The position numbers were made by a program, and so were the translations under genes. This document shows, piece by piece, positions 30,277 through 40,645 of a DNA stretch of 64,000 nt. How positions within the stretch are numbered: the first letter of the stretch is position 1; each line of letters begins with the position of its first letter. Below the pieces are notes generated by a model that made no database searches, was not told the DNA's origin, and saw nothing but the letters and a program-made list of their open reading frames with translations. The DNA is taken from contig CAVTTN010000002.1 in assembly GCA_963737655.1 (NCBI GenBank), forward strand, positions 1,152,001 through 1,216,000. Direction: 5' to 3'. Source of the DNA: an uncultured Planctomycetota bacterium (GTDB taxonomy: Bacteria; Planctomycetota; Planctomycetia; Isosphaerales; Isosphaeraceae).

Positions 30277-31884
30277 TCAGCTCACGTTGAAGGCGTCGGT
30301 GGTGGTCCCCGCCAGGCCGGCGGAGGTCAGCTTCAGCGTGTAGCCCTTGCCCTTCTTGCTGATCTTCAGGTTCGAGAACGTGACGACCCCGTTGACGGCC
30401 GAGACCGTGGTCGTGCCGCCGAGCGTCCCTACCCCCGGGTTGGTCCCGATGGCGATCGTCACGGCGTTGTTCGCCGAGGTCACGAGGTTCCCGTACTGGT
30501 CCTCGACCGCCGCGACGACGGTGAACGCGGTGTTGGCCGCGACCCCGGAGGGCCCCTGGGTGACGACGATCTGCGAGGCCGCCGCGGGCGTGATGGCGAA
30601 CGCCGCCGAGGTACCCGTCGCCAGGCCGACCCCGGAGATGTTCAGCGAGTAGCCCGAGCCGGCCCGGGTGAGCGTCAGGCCCGAGAAGCTGGCCACGCCG
30701 TTCGAGGCCGTCACGGTGGTCGTCCCGCCGAGCGTCCCGCCGCCGGGGTTGCTGCCGAGCGAGACGGTCAAAGGGCCGTTGTATGAGGTCAGGACGTCCC
30801 CCGAGGCGTCCTCGGCGGCGACGGTCAGGCCGAAGCCCGATCCGGCCGTCACGCGGCTCGGCGTCTGCTGCGTGACCGTGACCGGCGACGTCGAGAAGCC
30901 GGCGGTGCCGACGGCGGTGGTGCCGAAATCGGTGAACCAGAGGCTGCCGTCGGGGCCGGTCGTGATGGATCGGGGGACGCTCCCGGCGTCGGGGATCGCC
31001 GATTCGGTGATCGCGTGGCTCGTCGGGTCGATCCGTCCGAGCTTGCCCGAGGCGTATTCGGCGAACCAGATGCCGCCGTCGGGGCCGTTGGTCAGGCCCC
31101 AGGAATTCGAGGAGGTCGCGAACGAGGTGAACGCGTGGGTCGTGGCGTTGATCGTCCCGACTTTGGGGGGGCTGGTGAAGTCCTCCGTGAACCAGAGGTT
31201 GCCGTCGGGGCCCGAGAGGATCCCCTCGGGCGACGAATCGACAGCGACGTAGCCGACCGCCAGGGTCGTCGGATTGATGAAACCCACCTCGTCATAGCCC
31301 TGAACGGTGAACCAGACGTTTCCGTCGGACCCGGCGGCGATGCCGTGGCCGAAGACGGCCTGGATCGTGGGCAGGGCGACCTCGCGGATCGCGTGCGTGG
31401 TCGGGTTGATGATCCCGACCTTGAACGCTCGGAACTCGGTGAACCAGAGATTGCCGTCGGGCCCGGCGGTGATCTCGGTCGGGCCGGAGTTCGCCGTCGG
31501 AGTGGGGAACTCGATGATGGCATGGGTCGTCGGGTTGATCACGCCGACCTTGCCGACGCCGCTCTCGGCGAACCAGAGATTGCCGTCCGAACCGACGGCG
31601 ATCCCTTGCGGACCGGAACTCGCCGTGGGGATCGTGAACGAGCTGAGGGTTCCGGTCGCCGGGTTGATCGTGCCGATGGCATTGGATGACGCCTCGGTGA
31701 ACCACAGGTTGCCGTCGGGCCCGGTGACGATCCCTCCGGTTGCGAGGTTGACGCTCGGCACGGGCGATTCGGTGATCGACCCGATGCCCGAGAGCAGCGT
31801 CCGCCCTTCGAGGCATTCGACGCGGAGGACGTGACGAGGGCGACGCCGGGCCGGAGAGGGCCTCGGAACTCGATGGTACAGCAT
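30277..31884 (-). CDS. Secreted Vgb (virginiamycin B lyase)-like beta-propeller repeat protein with C-terminal Ig-like domains
   Basis: Leader LRVECLEGRTLLS; seven G(P/S)DG(N/G/S)(L/V/I)WF repeats; two repeats of V..ED..G..T..GGT..NGV..FS.L..G.GY.L. Confidence 0.85.
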   Translation of the reverse strand: MLYHRVPRPSPARRRPRHVLRVECLEGRTLLSGIGSITESPVPSVNLATGGIVTGPDGNLWFTEASSNAIGTINPATGTLSSFTIPTASSGPQGIAVGSDGNLWFAESGVGKVGVINPTTHAIIEFPTPTANSGPTEITAGPDGNLWFTEFRAFKVGIINPTTHAIREVALPTIQAVFGHGIAAGSDGNVWFTVQGYDEVGFINPTTLAVGYVAVDSSPEGILSGPDGNLWFTEDFTSPPKVGTINATTHAFTSFATSSNSWGLTNGPDGGIWFAEYASGKLGRIDPTSHAITESAIPDAGSVPRSITTGPDGSLWFTDFGTTAVGTAGFSTSPVTVTQQTPSRVTAGSGFGLTVAAEDASGDVLTSYNGPLTVSLGSNPGGGTLGGTTTVTASNGVASFSGLTLTRAGSGYSLNISGVGLATGTSAAFAITPAAASQIVVTQGPSGVAANTAFTVVAAVEDQYGNLVTSANNAVTIAIGTNPGVGTLGGTTTVSAVNGVVTFSNLKISKKGKGYTLKLTSAGLAGTTTDAFNVS

Positions 31885-32080
31885 CTCGTTGGATCTCCAG
31901 GGAATCCCGGCCCGCCGCTGATCGACGCGGATCTCGCGGCGGCCTCGATCCGACCGGCGACCATCGCCGGGGTCTTCCCCTGTCCTGGACGCCGCTCGGG
32001 AGCCCGGCGCGCGCCGACGGACGAGAATTTTGAGGAAATCGCCAAAGAGGGCGCCTGGCCCGCTCGATCGGGCCGGCGAG

Positions 32081-35000
32081 TCATTTCCTGGCGGGACCCG
32101 CCTTCTTGAGGAGGGCATCGAGGTCGTCCCAGAACGCCTTCCACGCCGCGCGTTCCCCGTCGGGCAGTTTCGCCAGGCCGTCGGGATCGCGGACTCGGGC
32201 GAGTTGGGGGCTTTGCTTCAATTCGTCGAGGAATGTGCCGATTTGGGGACGAAGGGGGTCCCTGGCGTCCTTCGCGACGCGGTCCCAGGCCGCCAGGTTG
32301 GCGCGGAGCCATCCGAGGGCCTGGTTCCGCAGCCGGGTCCGCTCGGGGGCGTCCGGGCGGGCCTCGTCCCGCCCTTCGCCCGAGCCGGCAAGGACGGCCA
32401 TGCTCGCGGCGTTGTAGAGGTGGGGCGAGTCGAGCTTGTCGGCGAGCTTCGGGTCGAGCTCGAAGGCCGTCGCATAGAGCCGGGCCGCGGCAGAAGCCAG
32501 CGAATCGCGGGCGGCGACGGCGGCGAGGATGAGGGCCTGCTGGGCCTCCGCCGGAGTCTCCTCGCCCCGGAGGACGGCCGGGAATCGTTCCTCGACCCGC
32601 GCCAGGCCCTCGGCCTCGGCGAGCCAGGAGGCCGACGGGTAATTCCAGCCGGGCCGTCGCGACCCGAGATCGTGCCCGCGTCGAAAGGCCTCGCGTGCCT
32701 CTCGGAATCGGGCCTGGGACATCAGGATCAGGCCGAGGTTGCAATGGGCCTCCGCGAAGCCGGGCTCCAGCCGGATCGTCTCGCGGAACGCCTTGACGGC
32801 CCCGTCGAGGTCGCCGCCGTCTCGCAGGCTGTTGCCGAGGTGGTAATGGGCCCGGGCACGCTTCGGGTCGAGGCGGACCGCCTCGCGCAATTCCGAGGTC
32901 GCGGCCCGGAAGTCTCCCTTGCCACTGAGGGCCATGCCGAGGTTTTCCCGGACCTTCGCGAGGTCGGGCCGCAGGCGGACGGCCTCCCGATACTCGGCGA
33001 TCGCGGCATCGAGCTGTCCCCTCCCGGCGAGGGAGGCCCCGAGGTTGCTGTGCCCCTCGGCGAACTCGGGCCCGAACCGGACGGCGGCCCGGAATTCGGC
33101 GAGGCCCTCCTCCGCGTTCCCGCGGGCCCTCAGGGCCAGCCCGAGCGTGTTGTGGACGACCGGGCTCCCGGGCGCAGGGCCAGAGCCGCGGTCAGGGATC
33201 GAATCGTCTCCTCGTCCGTCGTCGGGTCGATGCCGGCCGCGAAGGCGACCCAGAAATCCCCGGGAAACCGGCTCCTGGCGAGTCGGATGACCCGGCGGGC
33301 CCGTTCTCGTTCGCCGACGAACCGGAGCGATGCGGTCAACAGGACGAGGCTGAGGGCCGGCTGCCGGGCGAGGGCCGGGGCGTCGTCGGCCAGACGGAGC
33401 AAGCCCTGGCGAATCTCCGCCTCGGGGCGGCCGTACAGGGCGCGGAGGCCGTCTCGCCACGGGTCGGGATCGATGGCCTTGGCGACGGCCAGGAGGCGCC
33501 CCCAGGCGGGGTTGTTTGGGGCCTTCGCCAATCGTCGCCGGACGTAGATCCAGTGGTCCAGGGCCGCCGCGACGTCCCCGGCCGAGGGCCGTCCCTTGAC
33601 CCGGGGCACGAGCGTCGAGGGATCGGCTCCGGGGGCGTCCGGGCTCCAGCCGTAGTCACCGAACGCGGCGAGGTAGGAGCGATCGGCCCGTTCGAGGCCG
33701 GATAAGTCCGCGAACTCGCTCCGGACGGACTCCAGATCGTCCACGAGCCGCTGGAGCCGGTCGGCTTCGGCGAGGCGGCCCCGGGCCTCTCGGAGACGCC
33801 GGGGCGAGCCGTTGCCGAACCGACCGGCGGCGAGGCCGTCGGCCGTGGAGAGGGCCACGCGGGCGTCCTGGCGGGCCGAGGCCGCCTCGGGGCCGGAGGC
33901 CGTCTCGGCGCGATCCAGGGCGCGGCCCGCCTCCTCGACCAGGGCGGCGATCCGGACGTCCCGCTCCCGGGTCTGCTGATACGCCCAGGTGCCGGCCCCT
34001 CCGCCGACGATCACCAGGGCGAGGATCGAGCCGGCCAGGGCGACGGTCAGGCGACGCCGGCGGGCCTCCTCCTCGGCGCGGGCCTCGGCCCTCGCGCTCG
34101 ACCCCGGCGAGCCGCAATCGCTCCTGGACGCCGGCCAGGTAGGCGGTCATCCTCCCGGCCACGCCGCGGGCGTCGCGAGGTCGGTCCCTCGGCTCGGGAG
34201 CCAGGCAGGATCGGGCCAGGGCGAGCAGGTCGGGCTCGGCCCCGCAGGCGTCCAGCCTCGCGAAGGCATCGGCCAGGTCGCCGATCGCCGATCGCCGGCG
34301 GAGGTCGGCCGGGGAGTCGCCGACGAACGGGGGCTGGCCCGTCAGGACCTCGCAGAGGATCGCGCCCAGGCCGAACACGTCGGAGCGTTCGTCGAGGCGG
34401 TCGATCTCGCCCCGGGCCTGCTCCGGGGGCATGTACGCTGGAGTGCCGAGCACCGATCCGGCCCGGGAGTCGCCGGCGTCCGATCCGCTGCGCACGGTGC
34501 GGACGGCGCCGGCTCCGGCGTCCGGCCGCGAGGCCGCCTGGTCGTCGGCCTCCCCGCCTTCGCGCAAGACCTTGGCGAGTCCCCAGTCCATCACCTGGAC
34601 CTCGCCGAAGCTGCCGACCATCACGTTGGACGGCTTCAGGTCGCGGTGGATCACGCCCCGGGAGTGCGCGTAGGCGACCGTCTGCGCCACCTGCTCGAAG
34701 ATGCCGAGGTAGCGGGGCCGGTCGATCGAGGGATCGGGGCGATCCCGGAGCAAGGCCGAGAGGGTCCGGCCTCGCACCAGCTTCATGGCGAAGAAGGCGC
34801 GGAGGTCGGCCAGGGTTCCCAGGTCGTAGACCGGGACGATCCCGGGGTGCTGGAGCTGGCCGCCGATTTGAGCCTCCTCGACGAACCGGCGGAGCATCTC
34901 CGGGTCGTCTCGGTGGGCCTCCAGTTGCACCTTGATGGCCAGGTCGCGGCCGAGATCGACGTCCCGGCCGCGGATCACGGCGCCCATGCCCCCTCGGGCG

Positions 35001-35446
35001 ATCTCCTCCAGGAACTGGTAGCGAGGAGGCCGGCCGTCCGCTCGCAGGGAAGGCCCGCGGCCGAGGCGGGGGAGGCCGGGAGGGCCGTCGGGGTCGCCCG
35101 GATCGCGGAGGAAGGCCCGGGGCGGATCGCCCCCGGGCCAGAGGTCCGCCAGGGTGCTGGGCTCGGGCGGCCGGGGCGATGTCCCGCTCGGGGAGGCGGT
35201 GGCCGGCACTTCCGGAGAGTCGCCCCGGGCCTCGCGGGCCAGGTCCCGGATCGGCCCGACGGCGACGTGGAAGCGGTCCTGCTCCGCGAAGAACCCGGCG
35301 AGCGAACCGGCGATCTCCGGGTGCCGCGCGAGCAGTTCGAGCCGGTCGGGGGCCCGGCCGGCCTCGAGGTCGGCGAAGTAGGCCCCGAGGACCTCGTAGA
35401 GCTGGCGCTCGCGGTCCAGGGGATCGATGCCCGGCCCGTCGTTCAT
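32081..35446 (-). CDS. Membrane Ser/Thr protein kinase with C-terminal TPR repeats (apparent frameshifts at ~34094 and ~33168)
   Basis: IARGGMG, LAIK, HPGIVPVY, IHRDLKPSN, MDWGLAK, GTPAYMPPEQ, DVFGLG; a TM segment; TPRs (AHYHLGNSL, AHCNLG). Confidence 0.9.
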
Positions 35447-35999
35447 GGTTCCTCCATCCGAGAGCGAAGGGTCTTGAGGCCCCGGTGCAGCAGGCCCGAG
35501 ACGGCCGGGAGGCTCCGCCCCATCTCCCGGCAGACCTCGGGGACCGTCAGGCCGCGGAGGTGGCGGAGCTCCAGGGCCGTCCTCTGGTCCTCGGGCAGCT
35601 CGGCCATCGCCTCGATCATCCCCAGGAGCGTCTCCTGGTGGCAGGCCGCCGCGCTGGGCGAGGGGACGTCCGAGGCCAGCCAGGCGTCGAGCCGGGCCGA
35701 GGAGGCGTCCAGGGCGGCCTCCAGGGGGCGAGCGTCGTCGGCCGGGCGTCGGCCGGTCCTCCTCTGCGCGTCGAGGATCTGGCGGGCGAGGATGGCGCGG
35801 AGCCACGCGGCCTTCTCGGCGTCGGTCGTCCCCCGATACTGGTCGCGGGCCTGGTGGGCCTTCAGGAGCGTCTGCTGGGCGAGGTCCGAAGGGTCCAGCG
35901 CCCTCGGGCCCCCGGGCCGACCTGGAGACGGGCCAGGAGCCGCAGGTAGTCGCCGTAGCTCTCCAGGGGCCGACCCGGCCCGTCGCCATCGCGGGGCAT
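35443..35999 (-). CDS. ECF sigma-70 factor, planctomycete kinase-associated type (apparent frameshift at ~35901)
   Basis: YGDYLRLLARLQ, then LDPSDLAQQTLLKAH..AWLRAIL..LPEDQRTALELRHLRGL..GLLHRGLKTLR; ATGA overlap with the kinase. Confidence 0.88.
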
Positions 36000-36196
36000 G
36001 CGTGGCCTCCCCACGGAAGGACGCCCCGGGCGGCCCCGGTGCGCGCCGACGTCGGAAAGAATTCTTCGGGAGGCGCGGTCCGAACCGCCGGGCGGACGTC
36101 GCCCGGTCACTCCAGCGACCATGATCGGCCGGTCGCGACGACGGATCAAGGGTCAGGCCGACCTCCGGCCGCCTTCGCGGACCTCCGATCGGAGGA

Positions 36197-37267
36197 TCAC
36201 TCCGAATCCCCCTCCAGGGGGAGCCGGACGGCCCGGCCCTCGCGGGCCGATCGGTAGATGGCCCGGATGATCTCGACGGACTTCCTCCCCTCGCGGCCGT
36301 CGACCATCGGCGGGCGGCCCTCGTCGATCGCGGCGAGGAAGTCGGCGATCTGGTCGCGGTGGCCGGCGTGGGAGATGCCTCTCGGGTCGCTCGCCCCGGC
36401 CTTCGCGCCGCTCGGCGCGTTCATGGCGGCGATGATTTCCGCGTCGCTGGGCACCCTGAGCTGGAAGTCCCAGAGGGTGATGTCGTCCTGCTCGACCCGG
36501 GCCGAGCCGCGGTCCCCGTGGACCTCGGTCCTCTTCACCAGCCCGGGATAGGCGGCGGTGGTCGCCTCGATCGTCCCCAGCGCCCCGCTCCGGAACCGGA
36601 GGGCGGCCACGGCGGTATCCTCGACCTCGATCCGCTCGTGGGCGAGCGTGGCGGCCAGGGCGGTCACCGTCTCCACGTCCCCCATCAGCCACTGGAGGAG
36701 GTCCACGTTGTGGATCGCCTGATTCATCAGGGCGCCCCCGCCGTCGAGCTCCCACGTCCCCCGCCAGCCCCCCGAATCGTAATATTCCTGGGTCCGCCAC
36801 CATTTTACATAGGTATCGCCCAGGGTGAGCCGGCCGAACCGGCCCGAGTCGATCGCGGCCTTCAGCGCGAGATTGGCGGGCGAGAATCGCGACGGGAAGA
36901 TCGTGCAGAGCCTCACTCCGGCCTCGTCGCACGCGGAGATGATCGCGTCGCATCGAGGCAGGGTGATCTCCAAAGGCTTCTCCACCACGACATGCTTGCC
37001 CGCCCTCGCCGCCGAGACGGCCGGGTCCCGATGCGCGCCGCTCGGCGTGCAGACGCAGACGACGTCGAGGTCCGATCGGCCGAGCATGGCCTCCAGATCG
37101 TCATAAATTCGCGTGTCTCCGCCGACGATCCCGGCAATCCTCGCGCCGTTCGCCTCCGACCGGCTGAACGCCGCCACGACCCGGGCCCCGGGGATCTCGG
37201 CGATCGCCCGGGCATGAAACTCCGCGATCATCCCGCAGCCGACCAGCCCGAAACCGTGCTCTGGCAT
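36197..37267 (-). CDS. Gfo/Idh/MocA-family oxidoreductase
   Basis: GLVGCGMIA, CTPSGAH, VEKP, GGGALMNQAIH. Confidence 0.93.
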   Translation of the reverse strand: MPEHGFGLVGCGMIAEFHARAIAEIPGARVVAAFSRSEANGARIAGIVGGDTRIYDDLEAMLGRSDLDVVCVCTPSGAHRDPAVSAARAGKHVVVEKPLEITLPRCDAIISACDEAGVRLCTIFPSRFSPANLALKAAIDSGRFGRLTLGDTYVKWWRTQEYYDSGGWRGTWELDGGGALMNQAIHNVDLLQWLMGDVETVTALAATLAHERIEVEDTAVAALRFRSGALGTIEATTAAYPGLVKRTEVHGDRGSARVEQDDITLWDFQLRVPSDAEIIAAMNAPSGAKAGASDPRGISHAGHRDQIADFLAAIDEGRPPMVDGREGRKSVEIIRAIYRSAREGRAVRLPLEGDSE

Positions 37268-37330
37268 GGGGTCCCTCGCTCGGAAAGGTGGGGCCTCGAC
37301 GGCGTGGAGGGCCGGCCCCGATCTGGCCCG

Positions 37331-38548
37331 TCAGGACAGCCGGACCCGCGCGATCTTCCGCTTGCCCACGCGGACGACCAGGCCGTCGGGGACGTCGACC
37401 AGGGCCTTGGGATCGACGATCACCCGGCGGTCGGGGCCGAGGGTGAAGCCCCCGGCCTCGATCGTCCTCCTCGCGTTGGAGGTGCTCGATTCGAACCCGA
37501 GCGCGACGATCAATCGCGGGGCCGCGATCCGCCCGTCGGCGTCCAGGAGGTCCCGGCCGATCGGGGCGTCGGGGATGTCTTCGGGGTCTTCGCCCTTCGC
37601 CCGGCGGCGGAACGCCTCGGCCGCGGCATCGGCGGCGGCCTGGCCGTGGTACTGGGCGGCGATCGCCTTGCCCAGCGCCTCCTTGGCGTCCCTCGGGTTC
37701 ACGCCCGGGGCGAGCAGGGCCTCGACCTCGGCCATCGGCAGGTCGGTCAGCAAGGTGAAATACTGCCTCATCGGCTCGTCGGGCAGGCTCATGATCTTGC
37801 CAAACTGGGCGTTGGCGTCCTCGGCCACGCCGATGTAGTTGCCCAGGCTCTTGCCCATCCGCCGGTGGCCGTCGGTCCCCACCAGGATCGGCATCGTCAG
37901 TGCCACCTGGGGGGATTGATTTTCCTCTTGCTGCAAGTCCCTGGCCACGAGCAGGTTAAAAAGTTGTTCCGTGCCGCCGAGTTCGACGTCCGCCCGGATC
38001 TCGACCGAATCCCAGCCCTGCATCAGCGGATAGAGGCATTCGCTCAAATAGACCGGCTTCTCTTCCTTCAGGCGTTTCGAGAAGTCCTCCCGGGCGCTGA
38101 TCTTGCCGATGGTGGTCCTCTGCGTGAGGCGGAGGACGTCCAGGAACGCCCACTTGCCGAACCAGTCGCCGTTGTGGTGGACCTCGGCGCGGTCGAGGTC
38201 GATGATCCGGCCGACCTGCTTCAAGTAATCGCGGGCGTTGCGCTCGACCTGTTCGCGAGAGAGGCCCGACCGGGCGGCGTCCCGGCCCGAGGGGTCGCCG
38301 ACCATCGCGGTGTAGTCGCCGATGATGATCACGGCGGTGTGGCCGAATTCCTGGAACTGCCGGAGTTTACGCAAGGGGACCGTGTGGCCGAGGTGGACGT
38401 CGATCCCGGTCGGGTCGATGCCGTACTTGACCCTCAAGGGCGTCCCCGAGGCGACGGAGCGCCCGAGCTTGGATCGAAATTCGTCCTCGGGGACGACCGC
38501 CTCGACCCCCCGGCGGAGGGCCTCCCACTGCTCTTCCGCGCTGACCAT
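37331..38548 (-). CDS. tyrS: Tyrosine--tRNA ligase
   Basis: KYGIDPT..HLGH, GDPSGR, YPLMQGWD, DVELGGTEQ.FN, RMGKSLGN, C-terminal S4-like ..VGKRK. Confidence 0.97.
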   Translation of the reverse strand: MVSAEEQWEALRRGVEAVVPEDEFRSKLGRSVASGTPLRVKYGIDPTGIDVHLGHTVPLRKLRQFQEFGHTAVIIIGDYTAMVGDPSGRDAARSGLSREQVERNARDYLKQVGRIIDLDRAEVHHNGDWFGKWAFLDVLRLTQRTTIGKISAREDFSKRLKEEKPVYLSECLYPLMQGWDSVEIRADVELGGTEQLFNLLVARDLQQEENQSPQVALTMPILVGTDGHRRMGKSLGNYIGVAEDANAQFGKIMSLPDEPMRQYFTLLTDLPMAEVEALLAPGVNPRDAKEALGKAIAAQYHGQAAADAAAEAFRRRAKGEDPEDIPDAPIGRDLLDADGRIAAPRLIVALGFESSTSNARRTIEAGGFTLGPDRRVIVDPKALVDVPDGLVVRVGKRKIARVRLS

Positions 38549-38723
38549 GAGACGATCGACCCCCGCGGCCTCGCTCGGGGGCACCTCGCCCCGGCCGCGA
38601 CCGGCGATTCTAGGCCAGCCGGGACGGACCCGGCAAGGTGGCCGACTCGCCCGTCGTCGGGTACGATGAGGTCGTACAGAGCCGTTTCGTTCGCCTCGCC
38701 CCCCGTCCCGGAGACCGGCCCCG

Positions 38724-39785
38724 ATGCTCCCGCCCGGCGCGAACCCGATCGCATTGGCCATCCTGGGATTCCTGGTGATCGGGGTCACGGGGGCGGTCTT
38801 GACATCCTGGGCGTTCCTGCTGGTGCGGGCCGTCCAGGGCATGCCGATCTTGCCCCGAGTCGCGAAGCCGCCGGTGCCGTGGGGGCCGTGGTCGGTCCTG
38901 GCGGCCCTGGGCCTGTGGTTCCTCTGCCAGAACCTGGCGATGGTCGTCTATGTTCTGGTGAGGAAGTCGGTCAACCCGGGCGTCGTGATCGATCTCAAGT
39001 CCATCTCGATCCAGGACTTGCTGCTGGTGGGCTCGCTGGCGAACCTCGCCTCCTCGGGCCTGATCATCGCCTTGCTTCGCAAGACCTCGAACGCCCGGCC
39101 CGCCGACCTCGGCCTGAGCCTTGGAGACGCTCCGGGGAACGTCCTTCGGGGGATGGTGGCGTGCTTCGTCCTCCTCCCGCCGGTGTATGGAGTGATGGTC
39201 GGGGCCGTGAAGATCTGGGCCCCGAAGGCCCATCCGGTGGACCAGATGATCCGCCAGGGGGCCTCGCCCGGCACGGCGGCCCTGGCGCTGTTCGCGGCCG
39301 TGATCGCCGCCCCCTTGACCGAGGAACTCCTGTTCCGGGGCGTCCTGCTCGGCTGGCTCTGGAAGCTCGGGGGCCGCACGGGACCGATCTCGCCGGTCGA
39401 TCCCGAGGGGATCCTGGTCCTCGAAGGCCCGGAGTCCGAGCCGATCGAGATCGGGGAACTCCCGGACGAGCCGGCCCTCGGCCTCATCGACCCCTGGACG
39501 GCCCCCCAGGCGGCCATCGTCCTGGCGAAACCCGAGGTCCGGGAGGTCTCGGAAATCCGGGGCTTCCTGGCGAATGTGGTGACCTCGGTGATCTTCGCGG
39601 GCCTGCACTATCAGCAATGGCCGGCGCCCCTGGCCCTGTTCGTCCTCTCGCTCGGGCTGGGCCACGTCTACCGGAGGACCGGCAGCCTCTGGGCCCCGAT
39701 CGCTCTGCACGCCACCTTCAACGGCCTGAGCACGACCTTGATGCTCCTCTCGGCCGCGTCGGGCGCGCTGCCCTATCACAAATAA
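38724..39785 (+). CDS. CPBP-family (Abi/CAAX type II) intramembrane protease
   Basis: APLTEELLFRG, FAGLH, HATFN; several TMs; acidic/Pro-rich insertion between motifs. Confidence 0.88.
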   Translation: MLPPGANPIALAILGFLVIGVTGAVLTSWAFLLVRAVQGMPILPRVAKPPVPWGPWSVLAALGLWFLCQNLAMVVYVLVRKSVNPGVVIDLKSISIQDLLLVGSLANLASSGLIIALLRKTSNARPADLGLSLGDAPGNVLRGMVACFVLLPPVYGVMVGAVKIWAPKAHPVDQMIRQGASPGTAALALFAAVIAAPLTEELLFRGVLLGWLWKLGGRTGPISPVDPEGILVLEGPESEPIEIGELPDEPALGLIDPWTAPQAAIVLAKPEVREVSEIRGFLANVVTSVIFAGLHYQQWPAPLALFVLSLGLGHVYRRTGSLWAPIALHATFNGLSTTLMLLSAASGALPYHK

Positions 39786-39867
39786 GGTCCGAGGCGCGGC
39801 ATCGCGATCATCTCGACCGGAGACGGCCCGAAATCCGGCTGGCCAAAAAAATCCCCAAGATTTCCCC

Positions 39868-39896
39868 TTGGCAGGCCGATGGGGAGTCGGTATATT
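39868..39896 (+). promoter_or_regulatory. Putative sigma70 promoter
   Basis: TTGGCA-17 nt-TATATT with an upstream A-tract. Confidence 0.5.
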
Positions 39897-40290
39897 GCTC
39901 TACCCCCGACCGATTGGTTCCGAAGACGCTCGACCGCCCCGGGGATGACTTCCTCAGGCGGCGATCGCTCCCTCCCCCGGGCTTGATCCGGTGGGAATTT
40001 GAGTGATCCGAGAGCGGCGGGCGGACCGATGGACGGGGGACACGATCGCGACGGGGGAACGGATCGCACCGCCGACGAACTCTCCTGACCCTTTCCCCCA
40101 GCATCGGCAGCACGCGAACGAGGTCTCCCGCGAGGGTGTCCCTCGCGGATCGACGGCCCGACCGGCGCGACGACGTGCCTCGGACCGGTTCGAGACTCGG
40201 GACCTCGGTCGCCGCCAAGGGATTGGATCGAAGGGGCGAACCCGCGATGACCGCCGGGGCCGTCCCAACTTCTCGGGGAGCTTCCGTCCG

Positions 40291-40494
40291 ATGAGCGTGG
40301 CGAATTCCAAGAAGAACGCACCCTTGCATACTGGCTTCGAGTGGGCCGGCGTCGTGGCCCGCGTCCGACGTTCCGGCGGCTCGTCCCGATCGGGACGCCG
40401 CTCGGCCCTGCTCGGCGTGTTGACCTCGGTCTACGCCAACTCCTCCCGCGGCAACGGCCCTCGGCCGACCTCCACCGGCACCGACCGCTCCTGA
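40291..40494 (+). CDS. Small basic hypothetical protein (67 aa)
   Basis: GGGGAG RBS about 10 nt upstream; mostly G/C third positions. Confidence 0.5.
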   Translation: MSVANSKKNAPLHTGFEWAGVVARVRRSGGSSRSGRRSALLGVLTSVYANSSRGNGPRPTSTGTDRS

Positions 40495-40504
40495 AGTCCG
40501 CAAG

Positions 40505-40609
40505 AACCGCCAGGTCCAAGACGCCGAGAACGCCAAGGGAACTCGGGAAGAGGGGAAATTTTCCTCCTTTTTCCCCTCTCCCGTTGGCGTTCTCGGCGTC
40601 TTGGCGGTT
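40505..40609. repeat. Long imperfect palindrome with near-9-bp periodic arms
   Basis: CCAAGACGCCGAGAACGCCAA ... TTGGCGTTCTCGGCGTCTTGG, with inner GAGGGGAAA/TTTCCCCTC. Confidence 0.8.
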
Positions 40610-40645
40610 AATCTCGTCGCTTTCCCGGGCACAGGAGGCCGATGG

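Noticed and set aside
30900..31780. Virginiamycin B lyase as an antibiotic-resistance gene
   Set aside because: Only the generic propeller repeat is shared. The secretion leader and Ig-like tail point to a surface protein.
38724..39785. CPBP/Abi protease as an abortive-infection gene
   Set aside because: The family name is historical. These are common membrane proteases, and this one sits beside tyrS with host-like GC.
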